Origin: the human T2T-CHM13v2.0 reference genome, Homo sapiens
Length of the DNA: 64,000 nucleotides
Direction: 5' to 3' (one strand)
NCBI RefSeq assembly: GCF_009914755.1
Contig: NC_060934.1
Shown piece after piece: positions 29,473-43,915 of the stretch (positions are counted from its first letter, which is position 1; the number at the start of each line of letters is the position of its first letter). The position numbers and the translations under genes are program-made. Under the pieces are notes generated by a model. It made no database searches, had not been told where the DNA came from, and was given only the letters and a program-made list of their open reading frames with translations.

Positions 29473-29949
29473 GGGAACAGTCTCTTTTATCTGGGGGGGC
29501 ACTAATTAGGAAAGGTGACTTGACGTTTGACCTTTGTCTTGCAGGATACATAGATTTTCTTTTGATGATGTTGTAGGGAATGCTGTGCCTAGAGAGATGC
29601 ATCCTGAGAAAAGTCATGGCAGAACCCATGAGGCAACCTGGAAATCGCTTGGCATGGCCAGGCAAAGGGGACAAAGAGACACAGAGAAAAGTAAGTATGG
29701 AGTGAAACATGGTGCAAGAACATTTAGGGCCTTGTAGGCCAGGCTAAGAAGTTTAGGTGTTATCAGAAGACAAACAGGAGCCACTGGAAAGTTTTTAAAT
29801 CCAGAGAGATATAATCAGATACTTGTCCTTGAAATATCAACCTTGGAGCCATCTTGAGGAAGGATTGAAGTGATAGAGAGGGCCAGGGAGAGAGGTCACC
29901 CTCCTGATTAACAACTTTTCAATAGCTTAAGATAAAATCCAGACTTCTA

Positions 29950-30543
<594 letters not shown>

Positions 30544-30823
30544 TCAGAAGTCTACTCTCTGAGAGTACATTCATACAGGTCCACTTATAGAGTTCCCTAT
30601 TTTGTCTGTTTATGTAAGTAAAGTGTATTTCAAATAACAATAGGTTCAACTCTTTAATGGAGAAAGGAGAATATAAATAACAATAAAAATTATCTAAAAC
30701 AATACTACAATGGGCTTTTCTTCCTTCTAGTTTTCTCCCCCTGACCACAGGCTTTATGAAGCATAGTCAAAAGTATATATAGAGAAACAGGAAATGCAAG
30801 GGAGAGAAGTTTATGAGGCAAAA

Positions 30824-30900
30824 AATATATATATTCATGTGTGTGTATATATATATGGGTGTGTGTGTGTGTATATATGTGTGTGTATATATATATATAT
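30824..30900. repeat. (TG)n/(TA)n compound microsatellite
   Basis: Read directly from the sequence. Confidence 0.9.
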
Positions 30901-31300
30901 CTTGGTTTAAAAAAATAACCCAGAAGACAAGATATAATCTTTAAAAATTATTTTATTTTTATTAATGATTACGGGTACATCATAGTGGTACATACTTATG
31001 GGGTACATATGATGTTTTTTGTTTTAGAGGTGAGGTCTTGCTGTGTTGCCCAGGCTGGTCTTGAACCCATGGCCTCACGTGATCCGCTCCCCTCAGCCTC
31101 TCAAGTAAATGAGACTGCAAGTGAGAGGCACTGTGTTTGGCATCTTGCTTTTTTTGGCTAAACCTTATCTTGTAAGCAGTTTCTTCCATACAGCCTCAGC
31201 TTTTTGATGACTGTATGATATTCTTTTCCCAATTATTGAACATTTAGGCCATTTCTAATTTTTCTCTATTTTAAATATATATAATGATTTAAAAAATCAT

Positions 31301-31716
31301 TGTCTATTAGTTTGCTAGGGCTGCCATAACAAAATACAACAGATCTAGGTTGCTTAGGCAACAGAAATTTATTTTCTCACTGTCTGGAGGCTGGAAGTGA
31401 AAGATCAGGGTGTGAGCAGGATTAGTTTCTGCTGAGGCCCCTCTCCTCAGCTTGCCATTAGTCACCTTCTCCCTGTGTCCACACTGTCTTTCCTCTATAT
31501 TTGGGCATCCCTGGTGTTTCTTTGTGTGTTCAAATGTCCTCTTCTTATATAAACACTGCTCAGATTGAATTAGGGCCCATTCTAATAGGCTCTTTTTAAT
31601 TTAATCATCTCTATAAAGGCCCTGTTTCCAAATACAGTCACATTTTGAGGTACAGGGGTTAGGTTTTCAATATATGAATTGGGGGTTAGGGGGAGGCATA
31701 ATTCAGCCCCATAACA
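31301..31716 (-). mobile_element. MLT1B-like MaLR LTR
   Basis: tattagtttgctagggctgccataacaaaatac...aattcagccccataaca. Confidence 0.8.
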
Positions 31717-31869
31717 CATTATGTTTAATTTTTTCTCACTTGGGTTTCAGATCATTTTCTTTGCACAGATTCTCAGAGTGGGAATCACTGGATCAAATGA
31801 TAAAAAATATTGTAAGGCTCTTGAAAACTACTTTCCCAAAGAATATAACAACTGGTACCAAAATAGCCT

Positions 31870-32219
31870 TGTTTTATTCTGTTCTCACGCTGCTAATAAA
31901 GACATACCAGAGACTGGGTAATTTATAAAGGAAAGAGGTTTAATGGACTCACAGTACCACATGGCTGGAGAGGCCTCACAATCATGGTGGAGGGCAAAGA
32001 GGAGCAAAGGCACATCTTACATGGTGGCAGGCAAAGAGGGCATGTGCAGGGGAACTGCCCTTTATAAAACCATCAGATCTAGTGAGACTTATTCGCTATC
32101 ACAAGAACAACATGGGAAAGACCTGCCCCCATGATTCAGTTACCTCCCACAACATGTAGGGATTATGGGAGCTACAATTCAAGATGAGATTTAGGTGGAG
32201 ATATAGCCAAACCAAATCA
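31870..32219 (-). mobile_element. THE1 (THE1C-like) solo LTR
   Basis: ttctcacgctgctaataaagacatacc..gagactgggtaatttataaaggaaagaggtt...ccaaaccaaatca, with TSD agcct/aacct. Confidence 0.9.
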
Positions 32220-32868
32220 AACCTTCTTAAAATTATTTTAAAATAACTGAATGAATTAACTAAGGATTCTGTTCAGCTGCATATAACAACAACTCATCCA
32301 CAATGACGTAGCCAAATAGGGGTTTATTTTGTGACTTAAATTAAAGCCCAGGAAGCAGTTTAGAGCTTCCGCAGCAGCTTTGCACAGTATCAATGTTGTA
32401 GGCACCTTCTCTGATTCTTCTCTCTGGTCTTCCACCATCATTAGCATGTGGCTGTTATTGCCCTGGCCTGTGCACTTGCTGTTCTCTCTGCCTCTAACTC
32501 CCAGACCTCCAGATCTCTATTCAAAAGTCACCTTCTCAATTGGACATTTCCTGGCCACCCTTTCTAAAACTTCACTTTCTCTTCTCCTCCTACCCCCTCT
32601 TTTTTTTCCTCCATAGCATTTATTATTATTTAATATACTGTATCTTTTAATTATTCATGTTATTTGTTTCTTTTCTCCTAGAATGGAAGCTTCATAAAGG
32701 CTTAGGTTTGTCTGTTTTGTTTATTACTGTGTGTGCACACTCATGCACACATATACAGACACATGTACATACACAGACATGCATACATGTGCAAACACAC
32801 ATGTGTGCCCACACACACAGATACACAGATTTCCACTCTCAGGAAAGGCTAAGCAAGTCCAAACCGAC

Positions 32869-33041
32869 CTTCTCTTCCCCTTCCCTCGCCCCTTCCCCCT
32901 CCCTTCCCCATCCCCTCCCCTCCCCTTCCCTTCCTCTCTCTTCCTTCCTCCCTTCCTTTCTTCTTCTCTTCTCTCCCTCTCTTTATCCCTTTCTCCCTCC
33001 TTTCCTTTCCTCCCTGCTTCCTTCCCTCCCTTCCTTCCTTC
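32869..33041. repeat. Polypyrimidine tract (CCCCT/CCTT repeats)
   Basis: ~170 bp of almost pure C/T. Confidence 0.95.
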
Positions 33042-33521
33042 ACATTGTGAAGTGGCTTGCCGAAGGTTATGCAGAAAGTTAGTGACAAAGACAGAAGAAC
33101 CTAAACTCTAGTTTCCCAGTTGCCATTTCTATCATTCCAAAGCAAGAATGTCATTGACTCTTCAGAATTAGCCTAATATGTTTATAAATATACTTTGAGA
33201 CTAAATTCAGATTTAACAAATCTTTTGAATCCAAATGCTGACTAGGCTACCTTTTAAAATCAGTAGTACAGTATTTCCACATCTTTAGTATATTTTCAGA
33301 CATTAACTGGGAGGTAGGAGAGTGAGGCTAAAGTATATGTGTGTTCTGCCATGTTTATTCAATTGCTGATGAATCCTGAGCTGAGTTTTCCAAAATTTCC
33401 TTACGAGGTAAATTATGATGTATATAGTATATTTTTGTTTGTCTCTTTTTGTTTTTTTAACTATGTATACAGTATGTTAATGTTTGTTTAAAATGTGTGG
33501 TAAAAAATGTACTGGAACGTT

Positions 33522-33665
33522 CTTTTTTATTTTATTGTTATTTTTTAATAGAGATGGGGTTGTGCCATGTTGCCCAGGCTGGTCTCCAATTCTTGGGCTC
33601 AAGTGATCCTCCCACACCGGCCCCCAAAGTACTGGGATTACAGGCATAAGCCTCTGTGCCTGGCC
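33522..33665 (-). mobile_element. FLAM/Alu left monomer
   Basis: Single monomer with a T-rich tail. Confidence 0.8.
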
Positions 33666-34370
33666 AGAATGTTTTTACAGATGCACAAAATATCTCTGGA
33701 AGGCAACACAAGAAGCTCTCAAGGGTGAGGTGGGACAATGAATGAATGGCAGGGGCACAGGTGGGAGGGTGACTAGTCACCATAAAACCAACTCTACTTT
33801 TGAATGTGGTTGGAAAAGGTTAAAAACAAACTAACAAAAGAACCAAACTCTTAATCTCAATGCACTGTCTCAGTTAGGAAATGCTCATGGTGGCAGATGT
33901 GAAATGTATGAGTCCTACCATGTCCCCACATAATGAGGCCCTGTCCACGTTTCTGACCTTAACTCATACACATTTCCCCTTGTGTACTTTGCTCCAGCAA
34001 CAAAAGTCTTCTTGCTGTTCCTTGACCATGTGGAATGCAGTGCTAAACAGGCCTTCTGGCTTGTGTTCCCTTTACATAGAAACTGCCTCCCCTCGATCTG
34101 TGCATGGTTCACTCCTTAACCTCATTCAGGTCTCTGCTCAAATGTCACCTCCTCAGGGGAGTTCTTTTTTAACCTCCACATTTTAAATGCATCTCTGATC
34201 TCTCTGTTATTCTCTCCTTGCTGCACTTTTATTTCTAATACTTACCACACCTATGTTGCCTATCTGTTTCCTTATTTACATAAGCTCCACAAGGCAGAGA
34301 CAGTTTTCTTCACCACTACATCCTGATCACATAGAATAAGGCTTGCCTTGAAAAAGGCATTCCATTTTAG

Positions 34371-34578
34371 AAACAAGGTCTCTGTCACCCAAGTTAGAGA
34401 TCAGTGGTGCGGTCATAGCTCACTGCAGCCTCAAACTGCTGAGCTCAAGCGATCCTGCCCTGTAGAGATGGGGTCTTGCTATATTGCCCAGGCTGGTCTT
34501 GAACTCCTGACTTCACACAATCCTCCAGCCTAGCCTCCCAAAGTGCTGGGATTACAGGCATGGCCACTGTGCCTGGTC
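34371..34578 (-). mobile_element. Internally deleted AluJ
   Basis: The right-arm 3' half is joined to the left arm at gatcctgccc|tgtagagatgggg. Confidence 0.8.
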
Positions 34579-35201
34579 TCAAAAAATATTTTTTTGAATA
34601 AATTTAAAAATGCACAAATGAATTCTATTAGGGATCTTTTATGCAAGGCAGCATTGAAACTGCCTAGTTGAGGAGGGCAAGTAGGTTTCATTTACTGGCT
34701 CTGGCCAACAGAGCTGCTTGGAAAGCTATATTGAGATCTGGAGACTGACTCAGGTGGTAAGAGCCCTGTGATCAATTAGCAAGTTAAATGACAGGCAAAG
34801 TGGGGAAAGGATGACCCATGAATCATGTAAACAAAACTCCAGATTATCTAGTAGGATTGGCTAAAGCAGAAGCAGCCAGATTAAGAGCATTATGGCAGAA
34901 TGTTCGTTTTGAATAATGAACTTAAAGAACATGAATGTATCAAACAAATGGTGAGATTATATCCTTGTGCCACATCTTACACTTCTCTGCCTGCCTATGC
35001 TATTTTATGACTAGAGACTCATTGTTCAATGGTTAGGGCCAAATGTTTAGAAAATTTTAAATATCAACGTATTTGTAAGCAAAATTATTTCATTGGCTCC
35101 AAAAGTGGTAGAAATTCTATTACAAATCATGGATCTTTAAAATGGAACTTACTTATAATTTAAAATTACAGTAGTATAATAAGTAAGAAAATGTGGATTT
35201 T

Positions 35202-35360
35202 TTTTTTTAATTGGAGACAGGGTCTCACTCTGTCACCCAGGCTGGAGTGCAATGATGCAATCACGGCTCACTGCAGCCCTGACTTCCTGGGCTCAAGTGA
35301 TCCTCCTGCATCAGCCACACAAAATACTGGTATTACAGGTATGAGGCACTGCATGTGGCC
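35202..35360 (-). mobile_element. FRAM-like Alu monomer
   Basis: TSD aaatgtggattttt starting at ~35189 and at 35364. Confidence 0.85.
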
Positions 35361-36592
35361 CCCAAATGTGGATTTTTAAAAAGTCAATTAGATTTGGAGC
35401 ATTAGATGGAACTCTGGGTTACAAAGGACAGAAGCAATTCAATTGGCAAGTAGTCTGCAGTAAGATCTGATAGGGCTGGAAATAAACTCTCAAAACCAAA
35501 TGCCAAAACTCCCTTCCAAGGACAAAGCCCCATACTGATAAGATGCTGGGAAAATAATCCAAGTTGAATGCCACAAAGGCAACCTGGTTCATTCCAGAGG
35601 AAGTATAAAGGCATGAATTCAGTCTTTTAAAACATGCTTTTTAGATATTGAGTAATAAACACACAATATAAGTAAAAATTAAAACACTACTGAAATTTGT
35701 AGAGACCACAGCTGCTTTTATTAAAGGGCAGAAAAATGTAAATTTAGGAGATCAAGAATATTATTATGAAATAGTTTGCTAACAGGATAGACAAATATTT
35801 AAAGGAAAGGAAACTAAAGCAGTATTTAAATCAAAGGAAGTGGCTGATTAGAAGAGACTTCGTAAGAGGCAACTTACTGTATGCTTTTGTTTCCCAGCAT
35901 TACTCATACCAGGTTGTAGCATGTTTTTGAGAGAGCGGCTGGGATTGAGTATACTCTTGACTTAAATATGTTTGTTTATAAAGACAAATGGAGAAATCTG
36001 TTTTTTCTCCTGGATTCTTAGGCACACTTAAGTGAATAAAGAACCTTGACAGTATGCTGTCCCACACGTTTAAGGACAGAAGTTAGTGTAACACATTGTT
36101 TTCATATTTCATCTTATCTGTTTTGTAACTGTACTGACTTTTTAACTCCTGACCTTCTGTACTTATTAATGTCAAGTTTTAAGAGTAAAAATTACTGGTA
36201 TATTAAGCAATTTTTTTCTCATATATTTCTAACTTTATTTTTTGTTATGGGGGACTTTTCCTTACTATAATGATAGCACAAGTGTCTGGAGAAATAAGCA
36301 AGATCATAGAGGAGCTTTCTTAATTGACTGAAGCCTTGAATAATTTGAAACCATTTTGAACTACTTGCATCATGGACAGCTCATTATAAATGAAGGCATT
36401 AATTTATTGGGTGAGTTTATGTAGAGTTTCAATATAATGATGTAATTGCTCACATTATTGTAAGTTTTAAGACTTCAGTTTTCTTTCAGTAGCAGCATAT
36501 TTTCATAACATAAAAGTCTATCTTTTCTATTTTTTAAACGGAATGTTTTCACATGTATATGAGTGTGTATAGGTGTAGAAATAGATATAGGT

Positions 36593-36905
36593 AGCCGGGT
36601 GCAGTGGCTCACATCTGTAATCCCAGCACTTTGGGAGACCGAGGCAGGCAGATCACAAGGTCAAGAGATCCAGACCATCCTGGCCAATATGGTGAAAACC
36701 TGTCTCTAGGAGAAATACAAAAATTAGCTGGGCATGGTGGTGCACACCTGTAGCCCCAGCTACTTGTGAGGCTGAGGGAGGAGAATCACTTGAACCCAGG
36801 AGATGGAGGTTGTAGTGAGCCGAGATCATCACACCACTTCACTCCAGTCTGGCAACAGAGCAAGACTCCATCTCAATAAATAAATAAATAAATAAATAAA
36901 TAAGA
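36593..36905 (+). mobile_element. AluSc-like with (AAAT)n tail
   Basis: Diagnostic gatcacaaggtcaagagatc. Confidence 0.9.
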
Positions 36906-37260
36906 AAGAAATATAGGCACAGGCAGGTGGTCTTTCAGGTATGTAGTCTTTTTACGTTTGGATATATATCTAACCCATACACTTCAACTTTATATTCTAA
37001 ATCAATTTAGATTCTGTTACAAGTGACTTTGAAGGATTTTATTGTTTTCTTTTGTAAAAATTAAATTGTGAATGTAACTTAGCTCCAAGTTATGGATATT
37101 CCCCACATTATGTGAGAACTAGTAGTCAAGAGGGGAAATCATGCTTTGCAATCATAAGACTAAATTAGAGTCTTGATTCTACAACTTACTAACTTTGGGA
37201 GACTAACTTGGGGAAAGTTTCTCTGAGTTATCTTGGAAAAATGAGTGTTAAATGCACTCA

Positions 37261-37567
<307 letters not shown>

Positions 37568-37734
37568 ATCACTCTCATCCCTATCTACATCACAAGATTT
37601 TTGTGAAGGTTCATGGAGGTGATGTAGACAAAAGCCCTTATAAAACACTGGTTGCATATTTGTAAGCGAATAGGCCTCCAAATGACTGAAGTTGATCTGA
37701 TGTTAGTACTTAAGGAGTGGTAGGCAGTGTGGCA

Positions 37735-37737
<3 letters not shown>

Positions 37738-37787
<50 letters not shown>

Positions 37788-37793
37788 ATGTAT
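37738..37793. repeat. (TA)n(TG)n microsatellite
   Basis: Read directly from the sequence. Confidence 0.95.
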
Positions 37794-37882
37794 CCCTACA
37801 CTTTTTAATTCAGATAATAAAATAGACTAGAATGTGAGACATTATATATGTGCATTATATATACATATATTATATATGTATG

Positions 37883-38921
37883 CATTGCGGGAAGTCAGGG
37901 ACCCCACATGGAGGGACCAGCTGAAGCCACGGCAGAAGAACATAAATTATGAAGATTTCATGGACATTTATTAGTTCCCCAAATTGATACTTTTGTAATT
38001 TCTTACATCTGTCTTTACTGCAATCTCTGAACATAAATTGTGAAGATTTCATGGACATTTATCCCTTCCCCAGTCAATACTCTTGTGATTTCCTATGCCT
38101 GTCTTTACTTTAATCTCTTAATCCTGACATCTTTGTAAGCTGAGGATGAATGTCGCCTCAGGACCCTGTGATGATTGCGTTAACTGCACGAATTGTTTGT
38201 AGAGCATGAGTATTTGAAAAATATGAAATCTGGGCACCTTAAGAACAGGATAACAGCGATTTTCAGGGAACAAAGGAGATAACCTTGAAGTCTGGCTGCC
38301 TGTGGGCAGGCAGGACAGAGTCATATTTCTCTCATTACTGAAAATGGGTAAGATAAATGTCGCTGAATTCTTTTCCCAGTAAGAAATATTAATAATTAAC
38401 GGCCCTGGGAAAAGAATGCATTCCCAGAGGAGGCCACTGAAATGGCCGCTCTGAGGGTGTCTGCCTTATGCAGATGTAGATAGGGATGAAACACACCCTA
38501 GTCTCCTGTAGTGCCCCCAGGCTTGCTACGATTAGGAAATTCTAGTCAGACCGGCTCTCTGCTCTTGAACCTTGTTTATCAATGACAATGCGTGCACAGC
38601 TGGACATGGAAGTTTATTAGTGATTCTAGTTTTGCCCTAACCTTCTGCCTTGTCATCTTTTGTTGCCCTTGAAGCATGTGATCTCTGTGACCCACACCCT
38701 ATTCGTGCACTCCCTCCCCTTTGAAAATTGCTAATAAAAACTTGCTGGTTTTACGGCTCAGGGGGCATCATGGAACCTGCTGACGTGTGATGTCTCCCCC
38801 GGGCACCCAGCTTTAAAATTTCTCTCTTTTGTACTCCGTCCCTTTATTTCTCAGACTGGCCGACACTTAGGGAAAATAGAAAAGAACCTATGTGAAATAT
38901 CGGGGTAAAATTCCCCTGATA
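37883..38921 (+). mobile_element. MER11 (HERV-K11/HML-8) solo LTR
   Basis: ttgcgggaagtcagggacccc..ggagggaccagctgaagcc; the internal ~90-bp tandem gaacataaatt(a/g)tgaagatttcatggacattt..; end ..ttcccctgata; gtatg on both sides. Confidence 0.93.
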
Positions 38922-39070
38922 GTATGTATATATATAACATCTCACATTCTATTCTTTTTATCTGAATTTTTATGTTTTAAATTTAGCAATCTTTAACTCA
39001 CTAATCTTGTATTTCAACGTGTCCAAATAACTTTTAAACCCATCCCAATGGGTTCTTAATGAATTTTTAA

Positions 39071-42000
39071 AATTTCTGTTTAATTGATGCATAAGAATTG
39101 TGTATATTTATGGGGTACAATGTGATGTTTTGATGCTGGCTTTGTAAAATGAGTTTAGATGTACTTCAATTTTTTGAAATAGTTTGAGAAGGATTAGTAT
39201 TAGTTCTTCTATAAATGTTGGTAGAATTCTGCTATGAAGCCATCTGTTCCAGAGCTTTTCTTTGGTGGGAGATTTTGTTATCATTATTATTATTATTGAT
39301 TCAGTCTCCTTATTCCTTATTTAACGTTTGAATTTTCCATTTCTTTTTTTACTCAGTCTTGGTAGATTGTGTATGTCTAAGAACTTACTTATTTTTTCTG
39401 GATTATCGAACTTGATGTGGAACTCTAATTGTTCACAGTAGTCTCATGATATTTTGTATTTTGGTGGTAATATTTGTAACATCTTCTCTTTCATTTCTGA
39501 TTTTATTTATTTGAGTCTTTTTTCTTTTGTCTTTAGTCTTGCTAAAAGTTTGTCAATTTTGTTTATCTTTTCAAAGAACCACTTGTAGTTTAATTCATCT
39601 GTTTTATTGTCTTTATTGTCTCTATTTCATTTATTTCTCCTCTGATATTTCTTATTTCCATACTTCTACTGACTTTAGACTTAGTTTGTTCTTTTTCTAG
39701 TTTTTTGATGCGTAATATTATTTATTTGAGATGTTTCTTTTTTGATGTAGGCATTTAATCCTATAAACTTCAAATTTAGAACTACTTTTGCTGCATCCCA
39801 TAAGTTTTGTTATCCTGTGTTTCCATTTTCATTTGTCTTAAGATATTTTTAAATTTTACTTTTAATTTTTATCTTTGACCCATTTGTTGTTGGTGAGCAT
39901 GTTGGTTAAGTTCCATGTATTCATGAATTTTCCAAAACTTTTCATGTTACTGATTTCTACTTTTATTCATTTGTGAACAGAAAAGATAGCTGATATGATT
40001 TCGAGCTTCCTAAATTTGTTTATACTTGTTTGTGGCCTAACATTCTCCTGGAGAATGTTTCATGTGAACTTTAGAAGAATGTGTATCTTACTGCTGCTGG
40101 ATTAAATTTTCTGTATTTGTCTATTAGGTCTATTTGGTCTAAAGTGTTGTCCAAATCCATTGTTTCCCTACGGATTTTCTGTCTAGATAATTTATCCATT
40201 GTTGAACATGAGTGTCTTGAATTCATCTATCATTATTGTCTTGCAGTGTATCTCATACTTCAGATCTATTAATATTTGCTTTACATAGTTAGGTGCGCCA
40301 GTGTTGGGTGCGTACATACTTAAAATTCTTATGTCCTCTTGATGAGTTAACGTCTTTATCATAATATAATGACCTTCTTTGTCTCTTCTTACAGTTTTTG
40401 ACTTAATTTTATTTTGTCTGATATGAGTATAGTCACTTCTATTTTCTTGTGGTTATCATTTGGCTGGGATACCTTTTTTTAATTATTTCTTTCCTCTCAG
40501 TTTATGTGTGCCCTTAAGTCTAAAGTGAATCTCTTGTAGGGAGCATATTATTCAATCTTGTCTTTTTATCCATTCAGCTACTCTATGTCTTTTGATTACA
40601 GGTTTTAATCCATTTACATTTGAAGTAGTTATTGACAGGTAAGAACTTACTACTGCCATCTTGCTAATTTTTTTTTTTTAGTTTTGTAGTTCTTTTGTTT
40701 CACTCTTCCAGCCTTGCTGCCTTTTTGTGTGATTTGTTCTATTTCTGTGGTGATATGCTTTGATTCCTTTCTCTTTTGTGTATCTACTAGAGATTTTTTT
40801 CTTTGTGGTTACCATAAAGTTTGGATTAAAACATCTTAAAGTTATAATGCCCTAATTTAAGCTAATAGTATCTTAACTTCTATTGCATACAAAGAGTCTA
40901 CACTTTTATTTCTCTCCTGAAATTTTATGCTATTGATGCATTCTTTACATCTATTTATATTGTGTATCTGTTGACTGTTTATAGTTGTTTTCAATAGTTT
41001 TGTTTTTTAATTCTTATACTAAAATTAAGAGTGATTTACATACCACCTTCACAGTATTAGAGTATGCTGAATTTGACTATATATTTACCTTTACCAGTGA
41101 ATTTTGTACCTTAATATGTTTTCACATAGTTACTTATTATCTTTCTATTTCAATCCAAATAATTCTCTTAAGCATTCTTGTAAGGTCGGTCTCCTGGTGA
41201 TGAACTCCCTCACCTTATTTGTCTTGGAATTTCTTTGTCTTTACTTCATTTATGGAGGACAGCTTTGCTGGGCAAAATATTCCTGATTTGTTTTCTTTTA
41301 GAATTTTGTGTATGTCACTTTACTCTCTCCTTGCTTGCAAACTTTCTGTTGAGAAGTCTACTGATAGCCTTATAGAATATCCTTTCTATATGACAAGTTT
41401 CTTCTCTCTTCCTTTATTCAAGAGTCTCTTTTCTCTCTTTCCTGATTTTTGACAATTTGATTATAATGTGTTTCAGAATATTTCTTTTTTAAAATTGATC
41501 TTGCTAGGAAAGCTTTGAGCTTCCTGAAACCGTATATTCATATTGCTTCCAAGATTTGGGAAGTTTTCAGACAGTATTTCTTTAAGTAAATGTTCTACCT
41601 CTTTGTCTCTTCTCTTTATGGTATTCTAGTAGTTTGTATACAGTTGGTCTTTCATATTTGCTTGTTCTGCATCCATGGATTCAACCTACCACTGATAGAA
41701 AATATTTTTAAAAACAATAAAAATAACAATACAACAATAAAAATAATACTAGAAAACAATACAGTATAATAACTATATAACTTTTATATTGTATTAAGTA
41801 CTGTAAGTAATGGAGAGATTATTTAAAGCCTATTGTGAGGGTATGCATAGGTTATATAAAAATACTATGCCATTTTATATATGAGACTTGAGTATTAGCA
41901 GATTTTGATATTCATGAGGGGTTCTGGAACCAATTTCCTGTGGATACCAAGGGATAACTATATTCATATATTTGTTGGTTTCCCATAGGTTCCTATGCTT

Positions 42001-43915
42001 TCTTCACTCTTTTCAATATATTTTTATTGCTCTAATTGGTTAATTTCAAGTGACCTACTTTTGGGCTCACTAATTCTTTCTTCTGCATGATCAAGTCCAC
42101 TGTTAGAACTAAGTTTTTCAGTTCTGTTGTATTATTCATCTGTTCTAGGGCTTCTGCTGAGTTCTTTATGTTTTCTATTTCCATATTAAACTTCTTTTTT
42201 TGTTCATTTAATATTTTTATAATTTTAGTTGTCTATGTGTATTTTCTTGCATCTCATTGAACTTCTTTAGGATAATTGTTTTGAATTATTTTTCAGACAA
42301 TCCACACATCTCCATTTCTTTGGAGTCAATTATTGAAGTTCTATTAGTTTCCTTTGGTGGTATAATGTTTGTGTGATGATTTGTTATCTGTGTAGCTTTG
42401 CATTGATGTCTATGCATTGAAAGGAGCAAATTCATCTCTCAGGCTTTACAGATAGTATGTGCCAACTTAAAATCCTCTCCTATTAGGTCTTGGGTTAAAG
42501 AGATTGCCTCTGGGATTGTGGTAGGCAGTAGAGTGGGATTAGATCCAGGTCATGTGGCTGATGTTGGGTCGACAGTAGACACTATAATCAACAGGCCTCT
42601 TTCCAGAGGTTCTCATGGGCATGGGTTCTATCTGGTCCCTGGGTGAACTGGACCATCTCTAAGATCTTGGTATGTGGAGCTGGTGTTGAGATGATGTTCT
42701 GCTTCAGAATTTACCTAGTATGCTGATGAGTGTGGCTTCTTCTGAGTCTCTGAGAGAGCTCCTGTTGGATCACTGGTTGGATTATCTGCCCTGGGGTGGT
42801 TGTACTGCCCTGGTCCATGATTGAAATGGCTGGAATTAAGATACAAGGTTGTTTCAGGGCCCACACCTGAGACTGAGAACCTCAGACCAGTCTCCAGGAT
42901 CATAAATAGGCATGTCTCCTGGTGGGTTCCTGGGTTAGCAGTCCTACTTTTAGACTGTAGTTGAGAAAGACTGGAGCCCATTTTTAAGGATTATTCAAGA
43001 TCTATAATGGGACCAAAGTCAGGGCATTACCTATAGGGGCACCACTGGACCTGTCTCCCTCTGGGTCCCCAGGCAAGCAGAACTGTTCTCAATCTCTACA
43101 CAAAAGGGGCATAAGATCTAGGGCCATTTGAGGATCAACTTTGGGACAAACTTTGGGAAGCCTACCATGGAAACTCAGGTGGGCATGCCTCCCAGTGGAA
43201 TCCTAGTTGGGCAGAACTGCTTCCAGACCACAGCTGGAAGAGGCTAATGAATTCAGGCTTCAGGGCTAATTCACAATATGCTGTAAGATTGATGCTGGCA
43301 AGGCTGACTTGGTGGCATCGGTGGATGATATTCCTGGCCAGTTCCCTAATCAGACAGAATTGTTCCCAGACCACAGCTAAGATGGGGCTGGAGCTGAGAT
43401 TCAGAACCCATTTGGGAACTGTTAGAGGATGGAGGCTGGCAAGCCTGTCCAGGTGCATCTCCTGAGATTTCCAAGCAGTACTAAGCTAGGAGTACAGCTG
43501 AGGGGGTGTTGGAGCTGAGTTACAAAATATCTTTTGGGTTCAATGCTGGGACCAATGTTGGCAGGCCTGTCTGCCCAGACACTAGTGTGCATGATTCCTC
43601 CTAGGCCCATTAGCAAATAGTTTCAGTAGCAGGGTCAAGGCCAAATAGGGCTGGAGTCAAACCCTTTAAAGAACAGAGACATTTCTGAATCTAAACCTTG
43701 GAGCATGGTGAATGCATCTGCCATGTGGGTGCATATCTGCACTCTCAAAGTGACACTCCTAGGTTCTCAGCTACTCTAGGATTTCACAACCTCCTGCCTG
43801 AAACACAAGGCTCCCATAAAGAGATTTTTGCTTGTGGAGGGTGCAGAATTCTTGTTGTCATCGGGGAAAGGAGGGGGTGACCTCCTATTTTGCTACCTTA
43901 CTCATATCTACAAGG
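39071..43915 (-). mobile_element. Ancient L1M(A) element with 5' region, internally deleted
   Basis: An L1MA-type 3' end (39071-39133) is fused to mid-ORF2, followed by ORF2 5', ORF1-like and GC-richer 5'UTR-like sequence. Candidate TSD tcttaatga(a/g)tt(t/c)ttaa at 39054-39070 and 43916-43932. Confidence 0.8.
41641..41960. mobile_element. Tigger3a/MER2-like Tc1-mariner MITE inserted in the L1M
   Basis: ta|cagttggtc..atccatggattcaacc...ggaaccaat..gtggataccaagggataacta|ta, with a TA TSD. Confidence 0.8.

Noticed and set aside
32657-33111. 141-aa and 126-aa ORFs
   Set aside because: They are translations of CA-rich and CT-rich simple repeats.
35760-36500. Non-repeat AT-rich stretch that reads like a 3'UTR remnant (AATAAA near 36035)
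   Set aside because: I could not identify a parent gene, coding remnant, poly(A) or TSD; a BLASTN search is needed.
37938-38120. ~90-bp tandem repeat
   Set aside because: It is an intrinsic feature of MER11 LTRs, not a novel array or CRISPR.
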